A DNA stretch of 64,000 nucleotides from Bacillota bacterium (GTDB taxonomy: Bacteria; Bacillota; Sulfobacillia; JAUYEG01), in the NCBI GenBank assembly GCA_040766985.1, contig JAXGPL010000006.1:70284-134283 (forward strand). The letters are read 5' to 3'. Shown piece by piece: positions 8,340-17,964 of the stretch. Made by a program: the position numbers and the translations under genes. Numbering within the stretch: the stretch's first letter is position 1; each line of letters opens with the position of its first letter. The notes under the pieces are model-generated. The model searched no databases. It had not been told where the DNA came from and was given only the letters and a program-made list of their open reading frames with translations.

Positions 8340-9927
8340 TCAGCGGTCGAGACTCACCGTTACCACCCGGCCGACCCCGTCCCAACCAACGACAGCCCCG
8401 AGCCACTCGCCGATGTATCGCAACGGCACCATCGTGCGGTTATTCCCGAGCACCGGGACGGTATCCATGGCCCTCTCCTCGCCGTTGACCAGGGCCGTCC
8501 GGCCGGTCGATGGTCAGATGCAGCGTTGTTCCGTGCCGCACCAGCGTGACCAGCCTCGTTGCCTCATCCCAGGAAACCGACGCCCCCAACGCCTCGCCGA
8601 TCGCGCGCAGCGGCACCATGGTTCTGCTGTTGCCGTCGATGTACGGCGCTGAGTCGAAGAAGATGGGTACGTTGTTGACGACCACTCCGACCTCTGCAGT
8701 CCCCGGCGTCCCCGCACGGCCGTAGATCAGGTATTGCTCACGCTGCTTGCGGAAGGCTGCGAGCTCGGCGGCGTAGCGGGTTTCCATGGCCTCGGGGGAA
8801 AGCCGCTGCTCCAGCCACATGCCAACGCGATTGGTGCCCATGATCTTGTCGAACATGACCACGCTCGAACCGCTCTTGGGCACGGTGAAGCTGTTGAGTT
8901 GCCGCGCGAAGGCCAGCGCGTAGAGGCCGGATTTGGCCGGGTTGAACGTGCGGTAGTTGGTGATCAGGAGGCGCACCCCGCCGGCGCTGCCGATGACCTC
9001 GGGGACGAAAAGCACCCCCGGCAGGTCGGTGCCGTTTAGCAGCTGTGCGAATCGGTCGGGGTCGATGCCCCGGCCGCCGATCCACTTGAACTTGTCCTGC
9101 TGATAGATGCCCGTGCCCTCGCCGAGGCCGGTCGCCATGTAGCCAAAGACCGATTCGATGTCGGGGATGTTCGGAGACGTTGCCACCCACGGGAGCCCCG
9201 TGTCCTGCCAGACCATGTCGCGCGTGTATCCCTCCATCGGTACGACGGTCAGGGCCACGCCGATTTCGCGGTTGAAGAACCGCGCCAACTCGCCCACCGT
9301 CATCCCGTGTGCCATCGGAAGGTTGTCGACGCCAACGACTGTCTGGTACGCGTCCTCAAGCACCGGGGCATCGACGGTCTCGCCGCCGAGGGGATTCGGC
9401 CGATCGAGCACGACAACAGGCTTGCCATACTGCCGGCATGCTTTCATGGCGTAGTTTAGAGTCGAGATGTACGTGTAGGTCCGCGCCCCGATGTCCTGCA
9501 CGTCGTATAGCAGCACGTCGATGCCCTGCAGCATGGCCGCGGTTGGCGTCCGGGTTGCTCCATAGAGGCTGTACACCGGAATGCCCAGCGTAGGGTGTGT
9601 GTACGATTGGACGTACTCGCCCGCGCTCGCCTTGCCGTCGATACCGTGCTCCGGGCCGTAGAGGGCGACCAGCTGGACGGTCGGGTCGGCCGCCAGCGCG
9701 TCGATGGTGCTCACGCCCTGGCTGTTGACCCCGCTCTGGTTGGTTACGAGGCCGACCCGCTTGCCCTCGATCAGGTGATGAAACCGGCTGAACAACACCT
9801 CGTTGCCTAGCCTGAAGGCGGGCATAGCGGCGGCGCCGGACGATCCGGCTGCCGCAACTGCGGCGGGGGTTCCCAGGGAGATCAGCAGCAACACAGCGGT
9901 CAAGACGAGCACGAGTGGATGGCGCAT
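8340..9927 (-). CDS. DUF1343 (NamZ-like exo-beta-N-acetylmuramidase family) with signal peptide and C-terminal copper-amine-oxidase-N-like repeats; frameshifted near 8498-8502
   Basis: Track ORF 8440..9927: GLVTNQSGV, LYGPEHG, DVQDIGARTYTYI, VLDRPNP, then VNNVPIFFDSAPYIDGNSRTMVPLRAIGEALGASVSWDE. After LTIDRP the next frame reads TALVNGEERAMDTVPVLGNNRTMVPLRYIGEWLGAVVGWDGVGRVVTVSLDR, ending at a stop at 8340-8342. That is a second copy of the same repeat. Confidence 0.8.
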
Positions 9928-10137
9928 GATTTCGCTCCTTTGGACAGGCCTGATAGCTATATCGACGTCGGGGGACGGGGTAGGGTTTCCGAAAAAGGGC
10001 TGTCGCTTTGCTGGAAACCCCTTTGAGCAGGAATGATTCGCCGCAGGCAGGGATAGGGCCTGCTGGGAATGGGTGGTGGTGGACCCGCCATGGTGGGCGG
10101 CCGTCGAACAGATTTATCAGTAGACGCAAATTCTGTG

Positions 10138-10166
10138 TTGACAATCCGCTGTAATGGGTAAAGAAT
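10138..10166 (+). promoter_or_regulatory. Candidate sigma-A type promoter for the DUF2089 gene
   Basis: TTGACA (10138-10143), 17-nt spacer, AAGAAT (10161-10166). The gene starts at 10202. Confidence 0.3.
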
Positions 10167-10201
10167 TGTGGCAGACACCACACATGTGAGGGGTCAGACC
10201 T

Positions 10202-10576
10202 ATGCGCAAGGTCCTGGAGAAGTGCCCGACCTGTGATCAGCCCATGCACGTCACCCGGATGGCGTGCCCGAGCTGCGGTACGAGGGTCGAGGCTGAGTAC
10301 GAGCCGTGTCCTTTCTGTTCACTGGAGCCTAAGCACAGCGAGTTCCTGCAAGCCTTTGTCAAGGCCAGAGGCAACATCAAGGAAATCGAGAGGGAGCTTG
10401 GGGTTTCGTATTCAACTGCCCGGTCCATGCTCGACGACCTGCTTGAGGCCATGGGTTACGACCCCGGGCTCACTAAAGCACTCGGGCCCAATCCGACGGA
10501 GCGAGAGATCATGGACGCCCTGGCGGAGCGGCGGATTACGCGAGAGCAGGCCTTAAGGCTGCTGGAGCGGAGGTAG
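10202..10576 (+). CDS. DUF2089-family protein (zinc ribbon plus HTH)
   Basis: CPTCDQPMHVTRMACPSCGTRVEAEY..CPFC, then FLQAFVKARGNIKEIERELGVSYSTARSMLDDLLEAMG. Confidence 0.85.
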   Translation: MRKVLEKCPTCDQPMHVTRMACPSCGTRVEAEYEPCPFCSLEPKHSEFLQAFVKARGNIKEIERELGVSYSTARSMLDDLLEAMGYDPGLTKALGPNPTEREIMDALAERRITREQALRLLERR

Positions 10577-10660
10577 GGCATAGCCGAGCCGTAGCTACAT
10601 TAGAACATCACGGTTGCCCCCGGGTTGCCTCAATCATTCAAATCACGGAGGTGCCTGCAG

Positions 10661-11435
10661 ATGGAAGATCAGGTCGACCGCCTCATATATCTGCTAGAAG
10701 AGCTTGGCCGCCAGGCGGAGGAGCGGCTGATGACCTACCCGATGCACCATAGCAGTACCGTCCACTTGATTCTGGGCAAGTTATTCAACGATTACGTAAG
10801 CCAGCTACGCGAGTCCTCCGGCGAAGGGCTCGTTAGCATTCTCGACGAGGTTGCGATCCCCGACGACGATGCGGGCGTTGAGGCCATGGTCAGCGAGATC
10901 GCCCTTCGCGCACGGCAGATAGCTGCGGAGCTGCGGTATCAAGAGTGGCAGGCTGCCGAGGGCGACGAGGAGGGCCGCGAGGATTGGGCGGACGCCCTCA
11001 TCCGGCTCGCCGAGGCCGGGGTGGACACCGACGACCTTATCAACTCCACCGACGTTCTGATGGCCGGTCGCGGCGTGGACCGCGCCTGGGTGGACCGGAT
11101 AGTCAAGCTGGCCTGCGCCGGGATCGACGTAGACGACCTGATTACGAACCTGGCCTATCGCCGGCCGCCACAGGGGCCCTTTCACCGTCATCCTCGGGCC
11201 CTCGCCCGCCGCGTGGACCGCGGTTTCCGAGGGGGAACGCATCGCGATCTCTGTCGTCGGCGACCCGCGGGGAACGCGCGTCTACAGGGGCGGAGACCCC
11301 GCCGGGACAAACGACGCAGCGGCGGCGGAGAAGTCGGAAGAGGCCCGGGCGTGGCGGGTTGACCTGCTGTCGCGCGTCGAGAAGGGCGAGATTACGCCGG
11401 AGGAGGCCGTGGAGCTACTCAAGCAGGGTGAGTAG
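10661..11435 (+). CDS. Hypothetical acidic protein with a SHOCT-like C-terminus; frameshifted near 11173-11183
   Basis: ATG at 10661 after GGAGGTG. Frame 2 reads ...DDLITNLAYRRPPQGPF. Frame 3 continues GPFTVILGPS...ISVVGDPRGTRVYRGG...WRVDLLSRVEKGEITPEEAVELLKQGE, with the stop at 11433-11435. The junction lies in a GGGGCCCTTT run. Confidence 0.55.
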
Positions 11436-11620
11436 GGCAGGCTACCGGCCCGGGGTCGGGATCTCGCAGCCCGCTGGCAGGACCCGCCGCCTTACGCAAG
11501 AATGCCTTCGTGAGTCGTATGAGCGCAGCGTGGGACCACGTACTTAACGTGGTCCCGCCGCGCCAGACCGGCGACACCGCTAACCAGCGAGCAGCGAACC
11601 TCTGTCAGGGGGAACAGGAA

Positions 11621-12933
11621 TTGACCAAGCAGGAACTCAAGAACGAGGTCTGTGCGGCGATCGATGCCAAAGCCGCGGAGATCATCGCCTTCGCGGACGA
11701 CATCTTCGCGCACCCGGAGTTGGGGTACAAGGAGTTCCGGACGGCGGGGAAAGTCGCCGAGAAGTTCGATGCCCTCGGCCTGACTTATCAGAAAGGAATC
11801 GGCATCACCGGTCTCAAGTCCCGCGTCAAGGGGCGGCCCGGTGGTCCGACCGTATGCGTGCTCGGCGAGCTGGATTCGGTCCTCTGCCCGGGCCATCCCA
11901 ATGCCGACCCGCAGACCGGCGCAGCCCATTCGTGCGGGCACAACGCCCAGCTTGCGGCAGTGCTCGGCGTGGCGTATGGTTTCCTCGGCGCCAAGGCGAT
12001 GGAGCAGTTGGCCGGTGACCTGGTCCTGGTCGCCGTCCCGGCTGAGGAATACGTCGAGATCGAATACCGCTCCAAACTGCGCCGCGAGGGCAAGATCAGA
12101 TTCCTGGGCGGCAAGCAGCAGTTCATCCTCGAGGGCGCCTTCGACGACGTGGACATGGCCATGATGATGCACTCGATGGTCCCTGCGGCCGGCTCCAAGG
12201 TCAAGATGGGCGTCGGCGGGACGAGCAACGGTTTCGTGGGCAAGTTCGTCAAGTACAAAGGCAAAGAGGCCCACTCGGGCGGCGCGCCACACGCCGGCGT
12301 CAATGCACTCAATGCGGCCATGCTCGGTCTGATGGGCATCCACGCCCAGCGGGAGACGTTGCAGGACGATGACACCATCCGCATCCACCCGATCATCACC
12401 AAGGGCGGCGACCTCGTGAACATCGTCCCGGCCGACGTCCGCATCGAAACCTACGTCCGCGGCAAACGCATGCCTGCGATCATCGACGCCGCCAGGAAGG
12501 TCGACCGTGCGCTGCGCGCAGGGGCCATGGCGGTCGGGGCTGAGGTGGAGATCGAGACCCTTCCCGGCTACCTGCCGCGGAATCCGCGCCCGAGTTTGAC
12601 GGCCTCAACGAATCCAACGCCGAAGCCCTGCTTGGGACGGGCACCGTCGAATGGGCCGGCCACAGCACCGGGTCGGGCGACATGGGCGACGTGTCAAGCA
12701 TCATGCCGGTTGCGACGTTACGCGTCGGCGGCATCACCGGCGAGGGCCACTCGGAGACATGGCGCGTCGTTGACAAGGAACTGGCGTACGTCGTGCCCGC
12801 CAAGGTGATGGCAATGACTGTGATCGACCTGCTCTGGGACGGGGCGGCCAAGGCCAGGGAGATCATCGGCGAGTACAAGCCGCCTTACACTAAGGAAACC
12901 TACCTCGCGATGTGGGAGGATCTGCTCAAGTAG
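11621..12933 (+). CDS. M20-family amidohydrolase/peptidase; frameshifted near 12578
   Basis: TTG at 11621 after AGGGGGA. Motifs: HPELGYKEFRT, AHSCGHNAQ, KEAHSGGAPHAG. After EIETLPGYLP the sequence continues in the frame of ORF 12682..12933 (EFDGLNESNAEALLGTGTVEWAGHSTGSGDMGDVSSIMP...). Confidence 0.8.
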
Positions 12934-12965
12934 TGTTGGGGCGAGCGTCCCCCGTCCGTCCGTCA

Positions 12966-13010
12966 CGCCGGCCTGGCAGTGCTCGAGTTGCGAGGCCGGC
13001 GGGGTTTCTC
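12966..13010 (+). terminator. Candidate intrinsic terminator after the M20 gene
   Basis: CGCCGGCCT (12966-12974) pairs with AGGCCGGCG (12993-13001), followed by GGGTTTCTCC. Confidence 0.4.
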
Positions 13011-13572
13011 CGGGCTCGGCTCTGATCCTGATAGGCGGATCATCGGTTGGAGCTTGAGCCAAGCGTCTGTCGAGAGGTTATTGCAGGACGCGCCGCAACC
13101 TATCCGCGATGCTGATCGTGCGCCTCGGACGACGGAGGAAGCCTGGGCGTGAGGAAATGCATGGGCTGTGCCTAACTGAGACTAAGGGGCTTAACTGGCG
13201 CATGGGTGATCGCCCATATCTGCGGCCGAACTCCCAACTCAAGCCTATTGGCCACCTCCAGGTGGAATGTGGGTGGCACATACAGAACCATTCGCCTGTC
13301 CTGCGCCGCTTACCTCTTCCGAGAGCGAAGGGTTCTCCGAACCTGCCGTTGCTTTTACTTCCCGATGCGGATCCTCCCCGGGAGACACGCCCTTCTTGCC
13401 GGCCATTCCCAACCACCTCCTGGGATCCAGAGTAGCTCCTCAGCTAACGCAATTGTTGGAAATTGAGACATAAAGGCAATGTCCGGGACAGCTGACAGGG
13501 GCTCAGGCCGCATCCTATCGAACAGAAGCTCTGTAGTCCGTGTTGCGCGATCATCGTCAGGGTGGGGCTAGG

Positions 13573-14757
13573 ATGCCAGCCCCAGGTAGTCACAAATGGG
13601 CGTTCAAGTCTCGCTTCAGGTCCGGTGCTTACGGCCCCGGCGGTTCGGCGAAGGCGGTTGAGCGCGTCAGACAGGCTGTTTCGGAGGTCAAGGCAGTCGC
13701 CGGCCGGGATCCGGTTCTGGCGGCAGAAGGCGCGGTGACGTTTCTGGAGCGGGTTTCCGGGGCGCTGGAGCATGTCGACAGCTCGTCAGGTGCCATTGGC
13801 AATGCCGTGAACAAGGCGATTGAGGAGCTTGTCCCGATTATCTCTGCAGCGCCGGCCGATCTGCCCACGCGCAGGGCGTGGCTCGAGCGCCTGTATGCGG
13901 CCCACGAGATGGACGGGATCCCGTACATCGAGTTGCTGGGCGAGTGTTGGGGCGATTTGTGCGCGTCGCCGGAACTTGCATCCGAATGGGCGGATCAGAC
14001 GACTGGGGTGACGCGCATGGTTCTGCGGCCGGACCGCCAGCCCGGCGAGTTCTACCACGGCACAATCATCTGCCTGAGCAGCCTGTACAGTGCGGGGCGA
14101 TTTCAGGAGGTCGTTGATCTGCTCAGCAGGGGAACCTTTTGGACGTATTGCAGGTGGGCAGCCCGGGCGCTCGTTGCCTTGGGTCGCAAGGCCGAAGCCA
14201 TCCGCTATGCGGAAACCTTCCGTGGACCCTACGTGAGCGACACCCAGATCGACAAGTTCTGCGAAAGCGTATTGCTATCATCTGGCCTGGTCGACGAAGC
14301 CTACCGCCGGTACGGGCTGACCGCCACGCGGCGCCAGACCTACCTTGCGACGTTCCGCGCCGTGGCCAAGAAATACCCCCACAAGGATCCTGCCGAGGTT
14401 CTGGCCGATCTGGCTGCGACCACGCCCGGCTCGGAGGGCAAATGGTTCGCGGCTGCAGTGTCCGTTGGGTTGTACGACCAAGCCCTTGACCTGGCCCGGC
14501 GCTCGCCACCGGATCCGATGGTGCTATCGCGTGCCGCGGACAAGCACAAGGAAACACGCCCCTCATTCGCCATGGAGGCAGGCCTGCTGGCCGTCAAGTG
14601 GATGGCGGCCGGGTACGGCTGGGAGCTTACCGTGATGGATGTGGTGACGGCATGTCGTCGCGCCATTGTGGCGGCAGCAAATGTCGGGGCTGAGGAGCAG
14701 GCACGGCGGCAGATACTGGAGTATCTGGCGGACGCGCGGGGATTACGGTTGAGATGA
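13573..14757 (+). CDS. Hypothetical alpha-helical repeat protein
   Basis: Internal ATG at 13573 of ORF 13540..14757 (MPAPGSHKWAFKSRFRSGAYG...). 394 aa with coding-like composition throughout. I recognise no family. Confidence 0.6.
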   Translation: MPAPGSHKWAFKSRFRSGAYGPGGSAKAVERVRQAVSEVKAVAGRDPVLAAEGAVTFLERVSGALEHVDSSSGAIGNAVNKAIEELVPIISAAPADLPTRRAWLERLYAAHEMDGIPYIELLGECWGDLCASPELASEWADQTTGVTRMVLRPDRQPGEFYHGTIICLSSLYSAGRFQEVVDLLSRGTFWTYCRWAARALVALGRKAEAIRYAETFRGPYVSDTQIDKFCESVLLSSGLVDEAYRRYGLTATRRQTYLATFRAVAKKYPHKDPAEVLADLAATTPGSEGKWFAAAVSVGLYDQALDLARRSPPDPMVLSRAADKHKETRPSFAMEAGLLAVKWMAAGYGWELTVMDVVTACRRAIVAAANVGAEEQARRQILEYLADARGLRLR

Positions 14758-15286
14758 GTGAGTTGGATTGCGCGGTCGGTTGGGGTAATAGAAACGACAG
14801 CGTCCAACGAGCATCGCTAGAGGTCGATGCCGACGACGTAAATAGGTGCTGAAACGACCGCGTGGTAACCACGTACACGCCGACGTCAATCTTGTCTATT
14901 CCCGAATACGAAGCCACCTGGAACTTAAGCAGGTCGATGCCGATGAATGACGAATGCCCGAACTCCACCTCGACCCCAATGCGGCTCTTGAGGAAGTCCA
15001 TCTTGGCACTTGGGTCTTTCGGCTCATCAAACACCGGTGGTTGGGACTGCCACCCGTGAAGCACGAAGGCTTCCTGCAGAACCTCGTTGAAGCGCGGCCG
15101 AGACAACTCCGAAAGATCCCGTGGCGACTGGAGGATCGACTCGACTTCGTGCTTTACCGCCAGGTTGCTGTTGAGGACCTGGTCGGCGAAGCGGTAGCTG
15201 AAGGTCTGGAGGCGGATCCTGCTGGCCACGGTGTCAAGCCCCCAAGCATCGGGTTGTTGTGCAATGCTTAGAGCAACATTCGCCAA
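14627..15286 (-). CDS. BglII/BstYI-like restriction-endonuclease-fold protein (orphan); C-terminus doubtful
   Basis: First ~150 aa: ...KMDFLKSRIGVEVEFGHSSFIGIDLLKFQVASYSGIDKIDVGVYVVTT, resembling the BglII-family core. The last ~65 aa are low-complexity and antisense to the end of the convergent gene (130-nt overlap). G+C is visibly lower than in neighbouring genes. Confidence 0.5.
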   Translation of the reverse strand: MANVALSIAQQPDAWGLDTVASRIRLQTFSYRFADQVLNSNLAVKHEVESILQSPRDLSELSRPRFNEVLQEAFVLHGWQSQPPVFDEPKDPSAKMDFLKSRIGVEVEFGHSSFIGIDLLKFQVASYSGIDKIDVGVYVVTTRSFQHLFTSSASTSSDARWTLSFLLPQPTAQSNSLISTVIPARPPDTPVSAAVPAPQPRHLLPPQWRDDMPSPHPSR

Positions 15287-15394
15287 TCCCTTCCTCCAGT
15301 GGTGAGTCCCTGGAGGGTGCTGCCCTTGCGACGCTGAATCCTCAGGTGGTTAGCGCTCTGATTGACCAACCTTCTTCCTTGGGAGGCGACCCCC

Positions 15395-16699
15395 ATGCCC
15401 ACCATCCCCTTCAACCGATACGCACTCTACTCCGAACTGACCGACTACCTCAAAGCCCTCGCCCAGGAGCACCCCAACCTCGTCAAGCTCGACTCCATGG
15501 GCAAGAGCTACGAGGGACGCGACATCTGGATGCTTACCATCACGGACTCATCCACCGGCCCGGCCGCCGACAAGCCGGCCATGTACGTCGACGGCAACAT
15601 CCACGCCGGCGAGGTCACGGCGTCGATGACGTGCCTCTATGCGGTCAACCATCTGGTTTCCGGGTTTGGCACCGACGAGCGCATTACTGCCCTGCTGCGC
15701 CGCCGCGCCTTCTACATCGCCCCACGCGTAAACCCGGACGGGGCGGAACTCTACCTCACGACGCCGACTATGCTCCGCAGCAGCGTGCGCATCTGGCCTG
15801 ACCAGCGGCTCGCCGAGCTTCCCGGACTTCATCCGGCGGACATCGACGGAGACGGTTTCATATTGGAGATGCGTGTCCGCGACGACGAGTTGGGCGAATG
15901 GAAGGTCAGCGACCGCGATCCCCGCCTGATGGTCCACCGGCGGCCCGACGAGCGCGGCGGCCCCTACTACCGCATCTACCCGGAAGGCGAAATCAGGGAG
16001 TACCGGGGCAAGCCGTTCGAGATCCGGCCGGTGCCGTTCGGCCTGGACATGAACCGCAACTTCCCGTCCAACTGGCACCCCGCGCTGCGCGGCGGCGGCG
16101 AGTACCCGGCGCAGGAGCCGGAGACGCGGGCGATCGTCGACTTCATCTTGGGCCACCCCAATATCGGAGGACTGCTGGCGTTCCATACATCCGGCGGCAT
16201 CCTGTTCCGGGCGCCGTACGGCTATACCGACGCGCAAATGGACCCCGAGGACCTGCGCCTGACACTGGAGATCGGGCTGCTGGGCACGCAGGATTCGGGC
16301 TACCCGGAGCAGATGTCCGGCGGTACCTACGGCTCGACGATCGTCGAGTGGGCCTACGAGCACCGCGGGATCATCGGCTATACGCCGGAGCTGTGGGACA
16401 TGGCGGGCCGCGCGGGCCTGAGCCGTGATGAGGTCCAGAGGGCCAAGACCCGCGAGCAGCGCGAGGCTATCGAGCTCAAGCTGCTGACCTGGAACGACCG
16501 CGAGCTGGCGGGCAAGGGGTTCTTCCCCTGGAAACCCTTCCACCACCCCCAGCTCGGCCCCGTCGAGATCGGCGGCTGGAACCCCAAGTTCGTGCGCCAG
16601 AACCCGCCCCCGAACTTCCTCGAGCAGGAGTGCCACAAGAACGCCATGTTCGTGCTGCGCCACGCGGCCGCGCTGCCGGAGGTGGCCATCTTGAGCTGA
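15395..16699 (+). CDS. M14-family zinc carboxypeptidase (catalytic domain intact)
   Basis: ATG at 15395, 8 nt after GGGAGG. Motifs: GNIHAGEV (HxxE), NPDG, LDMNRNFP, AFHTSGG. Confidence 0.85.
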   Translation: MPTIPFNRYALYSELTDYLKALAQEHPNLVKLDSMGKSYEGRDIWMLTITDSSTGPAADKPAMYVDGNIHAGEVTASMTCLYAVNHLVSGFGTDERITALLRRRAFYIAPRVNPDGAELYLTTPTMLRSSVRIWPDQRLAELPGLHPADIDGDGFILEMRVRDDELGEWKVSDRDPRLMVHRRPDERGGPYYRIYPEGEIREYRGKPFEIRPVPFGLDMNRNFPSNWHPALRGGGEYPAQEPETRAIVDFILGHPNIGGLLAFHTSGGILFRAPYGYTDAQMDPEDLRLTLEIGLLGTQDSGYPEQMSGGTYGSTIVEWAYEHRGIIGYTPELWDMAGRAGLSRDEVQRAKTREQREAIELKLLTWNDRELAGKGFFPWKPFHHPQLGPVEIGGWNPKFVRQNPPPNFLEQECHKNAMFVLRHAAALPEVAILS

Positions 16700-17096
16700 C
16701 CGTGGACCGCATCGGCGAAACCGACGCCTACAAGGTCTCCGCCCTGGTGTGTAACCGGCTTCCTGCCGACCTGTATCTGCAACAAGGGCCGCCAGCCTGG
16801 CGTGGTCAAGGCGGACCGCGTGCGGATCGAGTTGCCGGAGGTGGCAGTTGGTTTCCGGGGAGAAGGAGCAGGAGATCGGCTACCTCGACGGCTTCAGCGC
16901 CGGGCAACGGACCGGGTGGGCAGGGCGCAGCCGGGCAGTCGAGTGTGAGGGTGGAGTGGGTGGTGCAGGGCCCCGGGGCCGCAACCCGGCGCCCGAGCCC
17001 AGCGTGAAGGTCATTTCCAGCAGGGCGGGCGCGCGATCCAGGCACTCTTTGCCTAGGACGCCGGCTCAAGCGTCGATGAAACGCCGGGAAGGCTAA
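16690..17096 (+). pseudogene. Out-of-frame remnants of the M14 C-terminal domain (at least 4 frame changes)
   Basis: Successive frames read LELTVDRIGETDAYKVSALVCN / TGFLPT.ICNKGRQPGVVKADRVRIELPEVAV / SGEKEQEIGYLDGFSAGQRTGWAG / VRVEWVVQGPGAA / VKVISSRAGA. Together these look like one continuous domain. Confidence 0.6.
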
Positions 17097-17231
17097 GGCC
17101 TCCCGGCGTAAACTCCTCGGGTCCCTACAACAACTCGGACACTCGATAGCCACATCCGGCAACAGCCGGCTCTTGACCCTCTCGCCGGCGGCATATACCC
17201 CGATGGTGACCAACTCAGCTTGCCCAGACAA

Positions 17232-17727
17232 TCACCCCGCCGGGCCGGCCACCTCGACCGTCCCAGCCTCGATATCCACGAGCCAGTACTCACGCACGCC
17301 GTACTGCGCGTAAAGCCGGCGCTTGGTCTGGCGGTCCCATTGTGCGGTGGACGGGGATAGGATCTCGACGACGAGGTCTCGGCGCGCCCGAGATATTGGC
17401 CCGGCCGACGATACCGATGTTGTCGGCCGCCACAAACATCAGGTCCGGCTGTACCACGTCGTGACTGCTCAGAACTACGTCCACCGGCGCCCGGCAAACC
17501 TTGCCGCGTCCTGTTGCCTGGTAGCCAGGTCATATGGCAGCCGCTCCAGCCTTTGCGCTACATCGTGGTGCGCGATGGTCGGCGCGTCCATCCGCCGCAG
17601 TGCCCCCTCGACAAGCTCATAGCGCTCTGCCGGGCGGGGTCTCCCGGTAATCCTCATACGTTAGCAGGCCGTGGTTGGCGGAGTACCTACGGGCGGTTTC
17701 ACGGGCCAGCTTACCTAGGTCTTGCAT
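17232..17727 (-). pseudogene. Uma2-family (DUF820) endonuclease, about 3 frameshifts
   Basis: ATG at 17725-17727 after GGAGG: MQDLGKLARE...LLTYEDYRE. Later pieces sit in other frames: ERYELVEGALRRMDAPTIAHHDVAQRLERL, then VDVVLSSHDVVQPDLMFVAADNIGIVG, then DLVVEILSPSTAQWDRQTKRRLYAQYGVREYWLVDIEAGTVEV. Confidence 0.75.
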
Positions 17728-17964
17728 CGCGGAAACCTCCTCGATAACCCGACGACCCCAAGGGCAATGCCCACGGGGAAATGGGGCAGCGGCTGTACCG
17801 ACAGGTTACCACCAATGGGAGAAAGAGGCAACCAGCCTGCTCCGACATAGAGGGTCATCTCCCGGCTCGCAGCTCTCGTACCGGTGCACCGCGAACGCAA
17901 AGGACCCCCGGCCAGCGCCGGAGGCCCCTTCGCATCTCAATCAGCCCGCGCTTACGCGGCCTGC

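Noticed and set aside
8495-8505. Frameshift sites considered as programmed ribosomal frameshifting
   Set aside because: I could see no slippery heptamer or downstream stimulatory structure at the junctions. The lesions go in both directions, are often multiple per gene, and affect unrelated gene families.
12934-13572. tmRNA, RNase P RNA, SRP RNA or a group II intron in the ORF-free region
   Set aside because: On neither strand could I find the hallmark strings: GAGGAAAGTCCGGGC-type RNase P core, a tmRNA tRNA-like end with a tag ORF, the SRP GGAAGCAGCC-type motif, or an intron domain V. The region is kept only as an unexplained-region finding.
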